Shown here: piece by piece, positions 11,274 through 20,937 of the stretch
Numbering within the stretch: position 1 is the stretch's first letter
Layout of the letters: each line of letters begins with the position of its first letter
Origin: Cyanidioschyzon merolae
Lineage: Eukaryota
Direction: 5' to 3' (one strand)
DNA length: 64,000 nt
NCBI GenBank assembly: GCA_000091205.1
Contig: AP006499.2
Notes under the pieces: model-generated
Told to the model about the DNA's origin: nothing
What the model saw: only the letters and a program-made list of their open reading frames with translations
Database searches by the model: none
Made by a program: the position numbers and the translations under genes

Positions 11274-14200
11274 TCAAGAGCGTCCCAGTACCATGGAGAG
11301 CAACGCCATACGTACGTACATACCGTACTCCATCTGACGAAAGTAAACAGCCCGAGGATCTGAATCGACTTCAGGTGCGATTTCATTGACTCGTGGCAGC
11401 GGGTGCATGACAATCATGGTGTCCTTGGCACGAGTCAGCGTCCGCGGAGTGATCACGTAGAAGGCGTTGAAACGCTCGTAATCACCGGGGTCTGCAAATC
11501 GTTCACGTTGCAGGCGGGTCATGTACAGCACATCCGTTTCCGCAAGGCAGTCTTCGAGGTTCGTGTACTCCCGCTGTTCGATGCCTCGCGTGGCGACTTC
11601 TTCGAGAACCTGGCTCGGCATGCGCAGTTCGCGCGGTGACACATAGTTAATGCGTACTTGATAGAGGGCTAACAGGCGCGCCAGGGAGTGCACCGTGCGC
11701 CCGTTCCGCAAATCACCGACAAATGTAATCACGAGGCCGTTCACGGTACCGAGCTCCTCGCGAATGGTGAACACGTCCAGCAAAGCCTGGGTCGGGTGCT
11801 CGCCGGTCCCGTCGCCGGCATTGATGAGGGGCGTTTTCGGAAGCGCCTGGGCTGCTCGCTCCGCAGCACCCGCTTCGGGATGTCGCAGCACGACAGCGTC
11901 GGCGTAGGATGCCATGGTCCGCACCGTATCCAAGAGCGATTCGCCCTTGGCCACCGATGATGACTGCAAGTCGTTCATTTGGATGACGGTTCCGCCGAGT
12001 CGCTGCATGGCAGCGGCGAAAGAACACGAGGTGCGCGTGCTCGGCTCATAAAAGACGAGTGCGAGAACGCGACCACGCAACAAATCCAGCATGCCCATGC
12101 GATTCACCATCTGGCGCATCTCCTGTGCAACACCGAAAAGCGCATGCAACTCCGCCCGGCTGAACTGCGACACCGATAGAATGCTCTGGTGACGCAGGAG
12201 ATCGCGTTGGGCAGACGAGCCGGCTGGCACCGATACTGGTGCCGGTAATGATGTCTGGTAATGGGGCCAGCCAGGTTGCGGCGAAGCTGCCTGCCAGCTG
12301 CGTCGAACAAGCGGCACATCTACGGGAGCGCAGCTAAAGGAATCGAGCGGACGCGGTTCTAGAAGCGTCGATCGATTCGCCTTGGTTGATGGCATCCATG
12401 AGCGATTTGCAACCGAAACACGCGGAAAATTGACCATGTCGAGCTGGCGAGCACGCTGCTCGACGGCCGCCCGGGCACGGTCGATATCAGCGGTCGAGTC
12501 GTCCGTGGTCACAGCTGCAACAGCGCTTTCCACCGGAAGCGTTGCAGGTCTGAAGCTTGGGCGCACGCTCGACGCCGCGCGTGCGTTGCGTACGTCGGGC
12601 GCTGAAGGGAGAGCAGGCTGAGCAGGCACTGCGCCAACCACGGTATCCTCTGCAGTCGCGGTCGCAGTCTCCGTCGCGGATTCCAGGAGATCGTGACCAG
12701 CGCCCGCTTCTAGCAAAACCTTGTCATCAAGGTACGCGATGCGCTTGCGAACGACAACGCGCAACACTCGGCCTCGCAGTTGGTACGCCTTCTCGTTGGA
12801 ATCACCGTCCGCCGGTACGAAGCGCTCCGTCTGATCAATATCGACCTCGACATAGGTATCCGCATGAGCGGAGCTACCCGCTGGCGCAAGACCGAGGAAG
12901 CTGCGCGGAAACTCCACGAGTCGACTCAGGAGCCAGGTCATGGTCAGACGTCCGCGGTGCACCGCCTCGAGTAAGAGGCCAAGCACCAGACGTGGTGATC
13001 CCGTCACCGTGTCAATCGCATCCAGAGCGTCCCAGAGCGCGTCGACATCGCGCTGTTCCAGCTCGTGCTGCAGTGCATCGCCGCAGAGATCCTCGACGCG
13101 CACATCGCAGGTCACTGGAATGCCGCGCTCTTTTGCACTACGGATGAGGGCGATGTCCTCGCGGCGACGAACGGCATGGATGTGAATCGGCCGCGCATAC
13201 AGCACTGCACCGAACAGCATCGCCGAGAGCGCTTGGGTGCTGCTGGTGTGTAAAATCACCGGCTTGTGCCGAGGCCAGAGCTCCAAATGACGCAACCATG
13301 GCGTAAGGTTCTCACGGAGTGGCGCCTGATCGGCGCTCACGGCATTTGTTGCTGCTGCCGATGCTGCTGCTCGTCGATGGATCATGGGTTCCGTATTGTC
13401 TAGCGCGATGAAGAGACCGGCCACCTCGTTTGCCAAACTGGGCAAAGTCGCTGCGTTCGCCGCTGTTGCGTAGGCATAGATTGCATGGTCACAGCGTCCC
13501 CAGCGCGCAAGCTGCTCGCGCACAGTGCGCAAGGTTTCCGATTCAGCGACCAGGAAATCGGGTGCAACAGCGGCACCGACCCAGGCAACGTAGCCTCCGC
13601 GCAGCAGCTGTCGATCGAAATCGTCCAGTAGTGCACACAGCCTCGCATCCGCGGCTGCGTTCCGCTTTGGATGTTGGTCGCCGTTCATCAGCGGCGACTC
13701 GGGGTCGCACCGATCACCATTCGGAGCTGCGAAAGGCTCATGCTCAAGTCGCGATGTGCACATGTTCACCAGGCCCGGTAGAGTGATCACTCGGGCACTG
13801 AAACGAACATCGTACGGCTGCAGAGGCAACGAGACGCCACGTCCGTAGCGCGCAAGCGCACGAACCAACAGTTTCGCGCACTTGATATTCGTGAGCAGAG
13901 GAATACTGAAATCTACGGCTGTCCGTCGGCTAATGTAGCCGTTGCTCATGAATGTGGCTACCCGTCGAAGCTTGTTCTGCGAAGGTAAGTTGATGAAAAA
14001 ATCAATCATCTTGTCCTGAATCAAGCGCGTAACGTCGAGCGTGCCCTGTTGGTACTCGTCTGAGGGCCAGACGACCAGCGTGCACGGCACGTTGTGCTCC
14101 ACCAAAAAATCTGCTGTTCCCGGCGTTGCGTACAGACGATAGCCAATGGCAGCGAGTTTCTTCGCAGACTCGAGAAATTCCAGTTTCTCTTTGTACGAGC

Positions 14201-17200
14201 CGATGCTCAGACAAATATTCCGCTGTGGTAAGCGAATGCCGGCTGCTCGTAGTCCCTTGAGATACGCTTCTTCGCGGCTCTCTCCAAAACAGGCAACCTC
14301 ACCGGTGCTGGCCATTTCGACGCCGAGAATCGGATCTGCACCCAGCAGCCGCGCAAAAGAGAACATGGCCACTTTGACGCCAACGTGCGGTACGGTGGAA
14401 ATATCGACAGGATACGGCTGCACAGTCAGACCGAGCATGACTTTGGTGGCCATTTTTGCGAGGTCCAGGCCTATGGTTTTGCTTACAAATGGAAAACTGC
14501 GGCTTGCACGAATATTGCATTCAATAACCTTGATTTCGTTGTTCTTGGCAATGAACTGCAGATTCATCGGCCCTGAAACGTTCAGGGCGTTGGCTATCTT
14601 TCGCGTCGCATCCTCTAGTTTGCGAACGGTCTCAGGTTCCAGGTCCTGTGCCGGTAACACCAACGTCGCATCGCCCGAGTGCACGCCAGCGTTCTCGACA
14701 TGCTCGCTAATGAAATGGACGACCAGCTCCCCGTTGCGTGCCACTGCATCCACATCGATTTCTTTGGCCTCTAGAATGAATTTGGAAATGACCACGGGAT
14801 GCTCACGAGACACCCGCGCAGCCTCGGAGAGATAGCGCTCCAGGTCCTCCTCTTTGTAGGCTACATTCATCGCTGCACCAGAGAGCACATAACTCGGACG
14901 CACTAGACAGGGATAGCCCACGGAATCGCAAAAGGCCGCAGCGTCAGCGATGGAGGTCAACTCCTTCCAGCGGGGCTGATCAACCCCAATGCGATCCAGC
15001 ATGCGACTGAATTTGTAGCGATTCTCCGCGGAATCGATCATCTCTGGAGAGGTGCCCAGCACGTGTACACCTTGGCGATGCAACGACATGGCAATGTTGT
15101 TCGGGATCTGACCCCCCATTGAGACGATCACCCCATCGACTGCCTCTCGCTCACAAATATCCAGCACCCGCTCGAAAGAGAGCTCTTCAAAGTACAAGCG
15201 ATCGCATTCGTCGTAGTCAGTGCTGACGGTTTCCGGATTGTAATTCATCATGATGGTACGCGTGCCTTTTGCACGCAGCGCTCGAACTGCTGCGACCGCG
15301 CACCAGTCGAATTCAACCGAGGAACCGATGCGATAGGCGCCACTGCCAAGTACAATGATGCCACCGAATCGCGCACTGACGTCATGAGCACCTTGACTGC
15401 CTGCGTAGGTCGCATAGAGGTAATTCGTTTTGGCGGGAAACTCCGCGGCCACTGTATCAATCTGTTTGATATTCGGGACAATGCCGTACTCCTTGCGGAG
15501 CTTGCGAATCTCCAGTTCCGTATTGCCAACGAGTCGCCCGATCTGTCGGTCGGAAAACCCGAGTTGTTTTGCCGCACAGAGCAGATCCGCAGTGAGCCAG
15601 TTTTCCGAACCAGTGTTCATGGCATTCGCCGCTAATCTCTCCAGCGTCTGTTCGAAGCGGGTAATGCGCGCGAGCCGCATGAGAAACCACCGATCAATCT
15701 GGGATTTCTCGTGAATCTCTTCGACGCTGTGGCCACTGGCTAGCCCAGAGGCGATGGCGAGAATGCGGGCTTCGGTGGGCGTCTGCATCTCTTCGTCACT
15801 GTAGGGTTCCACGTCGCGTTCGAAACCGTTCACGTAATAATCACGCACCATGCGAATGGCTTTCTGGATCGTCTCCTCAAAATTCCGCCCAATGGCCATA
15901 GCCTCCCCGACGCTCTTCATCGAGGAGCCCAGTTGTCGATTCACGCGCTCGAATTTTTTCAAATCCCAGCGCGGCATCTTCACCACGATATAGTCGAGAC
16001 TTGGTTCAAAACATGCTGTCGTCTCTTGGGTGATGGAGTTCCGGATGGCCGGCAGGGCGCGGCCCAAGGCCAGTTTCGCGGCAACGAACGCTAGCGGATA
16101 GCCAGTTGCCTTGCTCGCCAGCGCCGATGAACGCGACAAGCGTGCATTCACCTCTATGATGCAGTATTCGCGCGAGTTCGGATTCAACGCGAACTGGATA
16201 TTGCACTCGCCAACGACGCCAAGATGGCGGACGGTCTTGATTGCGGAGTTGCGTAGCATCTGATATTCCGCATCGGACAGAGTCTGCGACGGTGCCACCA
16301 CGATCGATTCGCCGGTGTGGACACCCAACGGATCGAAGTTCTCCATGTTGCAAACGGTAATGCAGTTGTCGTACGCATCTCGCACCACCTCGTACTCGAT
16401 TTCTTTCCAGCCCTTCATCGAGCGCTCTACCAGGAGTTGCGGTGAACATGACAAGGCTTTGCTGGCGAGCTGCCTCAGTTCCTGGGCGTTATTGGCGAAA
16501 CCGGAGCCGAGACCCCCCAGGGCGAATGCCGCTCGAACGATGACTGGGTATCCGATGCGCTCGGCCTCAGTGATGGCCTGTTCCACAGAGGCGGCCGTAG
16601 CAGAACGGGCGAACGGCTCTCCGATCTCTGCGAGACGCTTGTTGAAAAGCTCTCGATCCTCTGTATCCATGATCGTTTCCACGGGGGTGCCCAGGACTCG
16701 GATTCCATTTTCCTGGAAAAAGTTGCGTTTTTGCAGCTCAATACCACAGTTCAAGGCGGTCTGGCCTCCAAATTGTAAGAAAATACCGTCTGGCCGTTCG
16801 TTCTCCGCAATGCGCATCACCGATTCTGGATCGATCGGCAAGAAGTAGACCTTGTCGGCGAGTCCTCCCGTGGTTTGCACCGTGGCAATATTCGGATTGA
16901 TAAGAACTGAATAGATGCCCTCCTGTTTCAGGGCCTTAATAGCCTGCGAACCTGAATAATCAAACTCTCCGGCTTGGCCGATGGACAGGCCTCCCGAGCC
17001 CAGCACCAGTACTTTGCGGATCGATTTATCCGACGCTGGGCATGCGCCCGTTGCGGCTAAACGCTGTGGCGCTGGCGGGGGTTGTTTCGTTCGCATCATC
17101 TCGACAAAGAGGTCGAAAAGAAACTCGGTATCACAGGGTCCAGCGCGCGCTTCCGGGTGAAACTGCACCGAGAACGCAGGTTTCTTTCGGTGAATAATGC

Positions 17201-18260
17201 CTTCATTGGATCCGTCATTCGCATTCGTGAAGTAGGGTTCCCAGCCTGGTGCCAAGCTGTTCGTGTCCACCGCATAGCCGTGATTCTGGGAGGTGATATA
17301 ACAACGACCGGTGCGCTCATCGATGCACGGTTGATTGTGGCCACGGTTGCCGTACTTGAGTTTGTAGGTCTGTGCTCCCGCCGCCAGGGCCAGCAATTGA
17401 TGACCGAGGCAAATGCCGAAAACAGGTCGCTCCTCAGATAGCCATTGCTGAATATTGCGAATGGTCTCCAGCACCATCGTAGGATCACCCGGACCGTTCG
17501 AGATAAAAAGACCATCACAAGAGCGATATTTGTCGGCGTTAATGTCTTCATCCCAGGGTACTACGGTCATGCGACAGTGCCGACGCGCCAGGCACCGCAA
17601 CTGGTTGTACTTCAGACCGCAGTCCACAGCTAGCACATGATACCGGGCATCGGGCGCTCCGTACTCGTACGGCTGCTTGCAAGAAACCTGTGCAACGAGG
17701 TTAAGGCGATTCGGGTCTATAAATGCTTGGTCTTCATTACGATCGTCTTCAAGTACGATCCGTCCAAGCATAGAGCCATGCTCCCGAATCTTTTGCGTAA
17801 CAAGTCGGGTATCGATCCCACATATGCCTGGAACTTGCTGTTCCTGAAGCCATTCTCCAAGCGATTGCTTCGCCAGCCAGTGCGAGTATTCCTGCTCGTA
17901 GTTTAGAACGACGAGACCGGCAGCGTGAATGCGCGCAGCCTCAAAGTGCAACGGAAGGCCGTACGCGTCGCGCTCCGACATGGACGGAACTCCGTAGTTT
18001 CCCACCAGAGGATACGTGAAGACGATGATCTGTTGACAGTAGGATGGATCGCTTAGGGTTTGCTCATAACCGACCATACCGGTTTGGAAAACAACTTCAC
18101 CAGCAACAGAACGAGCAGCTCCGAAACTCCAACCCTCGAAAACGCTTCCGTCTGCAAGTTCCAGCCTTGAACGACGCTTTCCTGCGTCGGTCAAGAGGCC
18201 CGGCACCTGCAGCTCAAGATCCTGCGCTCCATAGGAAGCATCACCCTGAATTGTGGTCAT
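11274..18260 (-). CDS. CAD: CAD-like multifunctional pyrimidine biosynthesis protein: glutamine amidotransferase, carbamoyl-phosphate synthase, degenerate dihydroorotase-like domain, aspartate transcarbamylase (fungal URA2 architecture)
   Basis: Single uninterrupted ORF of about 2328 aa. N-terminal CPSase small-subunit and GATase motifs (ICLGHQLLALAAG). Duplicated ATP-grasp CPSase large subunit (KVLVLGSGGLSIGQAGEFDYSGSQA; GVHSGDATLVLP). MGS-like domain (ICLSIGSYKEKLEFLESAKKLAAIGYRLYATPGTADFL). A DHOase-homologous region lacks the metal-binding His and Asp residues. C-terminal ATCase has STRTR, HPTQ and HPLP motifs. The ORF-track start at 18284 is a TTG; the first ATG is MTTIQGD (cat at 18258-18260). 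Confidence 0.95.
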   Translation of the reverse strand: MTTIQGDASYGAQDLELQVPGLLTDAGKRRSRLELADGSVFEGWSFGAARSVAGEVVFQTGMVGYEQTLSDPSYCQQIIVFTYPLVGNYGVPSMSERDAYGLPLHFEAARIHAAGLVVLNYEQEYSHWLAKQSLGEWLQEQQVPGICGIDTRLVTQKIREHGSMLGRIVLEDDRNEDQAFIDPNRLNLVAQVSCKQPYEYGAPDARYHVLAVDCGLKYNQLRCLARRHCRMTVVPWDEDINADKYRSCDGLFISNGPGDPTMVLETIRNIQQWLSEERPVFGICLGHQLLALAAGAQTYKLKYGNRGHNQPCIDERTGRCYITSQNHGYAVDTNSLAPGWEPYFTNANDGSNEGIIHRKKPAFSVQFHPEARAGPCDTEFLFDLFVEMMRTKQPPPAPQRLAATGACPASDKSIRKVLVLGSGGLSIGQAGEFDYSGSQAIKALKQEGIYSVLINPNIATVQTTGGLADKVYFLPIDPESVMRIAENERPDGIFLQFGGQTALNCGIELQKRNFFQENGIRVLGTPVETIMDTEDRELFNKRLAEIGEPFARSATAASVEQAITEAERIGYPVIVRAAFALGGLGSGFANNAQELRQLASKALSCSPQLLVERSMKGWKEIEYEVVRDAYDNCITVCNMENFDPLGVHTGESIVVAPSQTLSDAEYQMLRNSAIKTVRHLGVVGECNIQFALNPNSREYCIIEVNARLSRSSALASKATGYPLAFVAAKLALGRALPAIRNSITQETTACFEPSLDYIVVKMPRWDLKKFERVNRQLGSSMKSVGEAMAIGRNFEETIQKAIRMVRDYYVNGFERDVEPYSDEEMQTPTEARILAIASGLASGHSVEEIHEKSQIDRWFLMRLARITRFEQTLERLAANAMNTGSENWLTADLLCAAKQLGFSDRQIGRLVGNTELEIRKLRKEYGIVPNIKQIDTVAAEFPAKTNYLYATYAGSQGAHDVSARFGGIIVLGSGAYRIGSSVEFDWCAVAAVRALRAKGTRTIMMNYNPETVSTDYDECDRLYFEELSFERVLDICEREAVDGVIVSMGGQIPNNIAMSLHRQGVHVLGTSPEMIDSAENRYKFSRMLDRIGVDQPRWKELTSIADAAAFCDSVGYPCLVRPSYVLSGAAMNVAYKEEDLERYLSEAARVSREHPVVISKFILEAKEIDVDAVARNGELVVHFISEHVENAGVHSGDATLVLPAQDLEPETVRKLEDATRKIANALNVSGPMNLQFIAKNNEIKVIECNIRASRSFPFVSKTIGLDLAKMATKVMLGLTVQPYPVDISTVPHVGVKVAMFSFARLLGADPILGVEMASTGEVACFGESREEAYLKGLRAAGIRLPQRNICLSIGSYKEKLEFLESAKKLAAIGYRLYATPGTADFLVEHNVPCTLVVWPSDEYQQGTLDVTRLIQDKMIDFFINLPSQNKLRRVATFMSNGYISRRTAVDFSIPLLTNIKCAKLLVRALARYGRGVSLPLQPYDVRFSARVITLPGLVNMCTSRLEHEPFAAPNGDRCDPESPLMNGDQHPKRNAAADARLCALLDDFDRQLLRGGYVAWVGAAVAPDFLVAESETLRTVREQLARWGRCDHAIYAYATAANAATLPSLANEVAGLFIALDNTEPMIHRRAAASAAATNAVSADQAPLRENLTPWLRHLELWPRHKPVILHTSSTQALSAMLFGAVLYARPIHIHAVRRREDIALIRSAKERGIPVTCDVRVEDLCGDALQHELEQRDVDALWDALDAIDTVTGSPRLVLGLLLEAVHRGRLTMTWLLSRLVEFPRSFLGLAPAGSSAHADTYVEVDIDQTERFVPADGDSNEKAYQLRGRVLRVVVRKRIAYLDDKVLLEAGAGHDLLESATETATATAEDTVVGAVPAQPALPSAPDVRNARAASSVRPSFRPATLPVESAVAAVTTDDSTADIDRARAAVEQRARQLDMVNFPRVSVANRSWMPSTKANRSTLLEPRPLDSFSCAPVDVPLVRRSWQAASPQPGWPHYQTSLPAPVSVPAGSSAQRDLLRHQSILSVSQFSRAELHALFGVAQEMRQMVNRMGMLDLLRGRVLALVFYEPSTRTSCSFAAAMQRLGGTVIQMNDLQSSSVAKGESLLDTVRTMASYADAVVLRHPEAGAAERAAQALPKTPLINAGDGTGEHPTQALLDVFTIREELGTVNGLVITFVGDLRNGRTVHSLARLLALYQVRINYVSPRELRMPSQVLEEVATRGIEQREYTNLEDCLAETDVLYMTRLQRERFADPGDYERFNAFYVITPRTLTRAKDTMIVMHPLPRVNEIAPEVDSDPRAVYFRQMEYGMYVRMALLSMVLGRS

Positions 18261-18482
18261 GGTGCAGCCCTCAAGACAAGACAAGACAAGACAGAAACGT
18301 GCTCCAGGGACGAACGCGCCCCCAGCGTAGTACAGTGGAGACGCAGCTACCGTATGGCGGTATCGATGCTTCCGCCGCCGCTGCCGGCAACAACGACGGC
18401 GTCGACGACGATCGCATCCTCACAGCGGTGCGGAAGCGGTCATGGCGGGAAACGATGCGTGCGTTTGCGCGCGATTGCGGAC

Positions 18483-19095
18483 ATGCTTCTAGACCATGGT
18501 GAAATGCAGATATCATTAGATACAGGTATATAGGTGTATATATGCAATTGTGGATATGCTTCTAGACCATAGTGAAATGCAGATATCATTAGATACAGGT
18601 ATATAGGTGTATATATGCAATTGCGGATATGCTTCTATACAATGGTGAAATGCAGATATCATTAGATACAGGTATATAGGTGTATATATGCAATTGCGGA
18701 TATGCTCCAGAGACAATGGTGAAATGCAGATATCATTAGATACAGGTATATAGGTGTATATATGCAATTGCGGATATGCTTCTATACAATGGTGAAATGC
18801 AGATATCATTAGATACAGGTATATAGGTGTATATATGCAATTGCGGATATGCTTCTATACAATGGTGAAATGCAGATATCATTAGATACAGGTATATAGG
18901 TGTATATATGCAATTGTGGATATGCTTCTAGACCATGGTGAAATGCAGATATCATTAGATACAGGTATATAGGTGTATATATGCAATTGTGGATATGCTT
19001 CTAGACCATAGTGAAATGCAGATATCATTAGATACAGGTATATAGGTGTATATATGCAATTGTGGATATGCTTCTATACTCATGGAGCTGAAATG
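18483..19095. repeat. AT-rich minisatellite, about 8 copies of a 73-74 bp unit
   Basis: The unit atgcttctagaccatggtgaaatgcagatatcattagatacaggtatataggtgtatatatgcaattgtggat repeats head to tail with point variants (ctatacaatggtg, ctccagagacaatggtg). It starts about 200 bp upstream of the CAD start codon. Confidence 0.95.
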
Positions 19096-19754
19096 GGTAT
19101 GTAGACTATTTCGGTGTACTCATGCCGCGCAATGTCTGATCTACCTAAAATTCCCATCGGGGATCCAGTTCATGTGATCAGTATGCATCCGTGCACTGAA
19201 CGTTGCCATTCGGGTGATGCATCGGTCGCTGAAACGGGGATACGTTGTGCGATGACCTGCACAAGCGCCGGTACCAGCCTACCCAGATGCATCCCGCGAA
19301 TCCGCCGTCATTCACTTAAGTTGCAATGTGCGGCTGGCACTGGAGGCATTCCGGGACGCACCAGATATGCGATGGAGTGTGACCATGGTGAGCGGTTCGC
19401 CCCCAAGCTCTGCATCCGCAGCGAGTCCGTACGCCAATAGGTGCATGTATCGATGCCTTGACGCAGCGCCGGTCTCTCGATTGATCCTAAACCATGGATA
19501 CCCACTTGTTCATGGTCCATCATCGATCAATTTCTTCAGTGTGACTGGAAGCCGCGGATGCTGCCACGGACGGTGGAATACGGCATGGATGCATGCTTGT
19601 TCATGGCTCATAATCTATCAATTGATGAAAAGCCAGTCCCTTGTATCGCTCCAGCTCTGTTGTCAGCAGTTGGGGGTATTGATGACAGTCCAAGTCCCGA
19701 TGGCGCTGCTTCCTGCTGTTGTCGACACTTTGGAAGCAAAGGCGCAAGCTAGGA

Positions 19755-20830
19755 TCCATGCTTCGCTTGTCAATTTGATTTTCTTTCCAGAAAGCCTTGG
19801 TGCGCACTTTGTACCGCTGACACTTGGCAATGACAGGGCGCTCCTTCGTATCCATCACATCATTGCTCTCCGAGCGCTGCCCTGTGGCACATGAACACTC
19901 GCTTCATCGCTCGGTACATGTCGTTGGCGAATACAGAAGGCGCCCTTCGATGCTCTCTGCTGTTTCCGCGCCTGCTGCCGTACACTACGATCATGGGCTT
20001 GATCTGGGCGATCCCGACGGTGAGCAGGTTCTCCACTGGCACTTGCAAACGCCTGCGATTCCATTGGATACAGGATTTGTGGAGCGCAATTCTGTCCATG
20101 TTGAAAGCAAGACCACAAGGAAAACCCACGCTGGTGAACAAGTCGAGAAAATCATAGAGCTGTCAGCGCTCCCTTCATGCAAAGCGGTGACGCATGCCAC
20201 ATTCGAAGCATTTGCTGCGACCACAGGAATCCGAGAAGAGTACCCTTTTCCGTGAAAACAGAAGGTACCTGAGCTACAGACAGCACATGCCCCGAAAAGT
20301 ATGATGCTTCTGGGGAACCCCGTCGCGTCGATGGCCACAAACGAAAGAAGATTTGTCTCTCCAACAGAATCGATTCCTTGACGAGAGAAATTCAGTGAAT
20401 GATCAGCATAAGCATGTGAACAAGTCATCAGGCGACAAGGTCGATACGGTTTCCCGATCAGTCCACTGGCGCGAATGGCTGCGCTCATCCGTTGCCATGA
20501 ACCAGACAGAACGTATGCTTCGAGAAGGCCGATTTCGGCTAAATTTCATACGAAAAAAAGGAGTAGAGTGGGCCCTCGTACGCTTGAACCGGATGATGGA
20601 ATCTGTTCTTTTTCGAACCCCTGTTGGAGGGCATCCCGAATTACCTGGATTCTGATGAATCAAAGGTTCCCAGTGGTAAAGCGTCGAAGAAGCCTCTCCG
20701 AAAAGACTGCTGGCAATCCCAGGAAACCGTATGAGCCCCTATTGCTCCTCTTCGAATATCGACGCTGCATATCTAAAAAAGCTGGGAGAAAAAATCGAAA
20801 AGCAGGGACAGAGCGCACGTCGCAGTGTGT
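19755..20830 (+). repeat. dispersed ~1-kb non-coding repeat family, copy A
   Basis: About 65-75% nucleotide identity to 46500-47560 (copy B) across roughly 1 kb. Shared blocks include gccctgtggc, tcatcgctcggtac, cgatcatgggcttgatctgggcga, aggatttgtggagcgc..atgttgaaa and tcgatggccacaaacgaaag. No reading frame is conserved across copies. Confidence 0.75.
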
Positions 20831-20937
20831 TCCATTTTAGGCCACCGTGGGTGTCGCGTCAACCTGGAAGCGCAGAAAACGTGCGACCAGCAACCAAGTG
20901 CACATCAAGTCAACACTGCCGAAGGAGCGCTCTGATT

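Noticed and set aside
11403-18502. Many plus-strand ORFs of 60-230 codons overlapping the CAD gene antisense
   Set aside because: The CAD reading frame is continuous and domain-complete on the minus strand. In GC-rich DNA, antisense frames are stop-poor by chance. None of these ORFs shows a recognisable motif.
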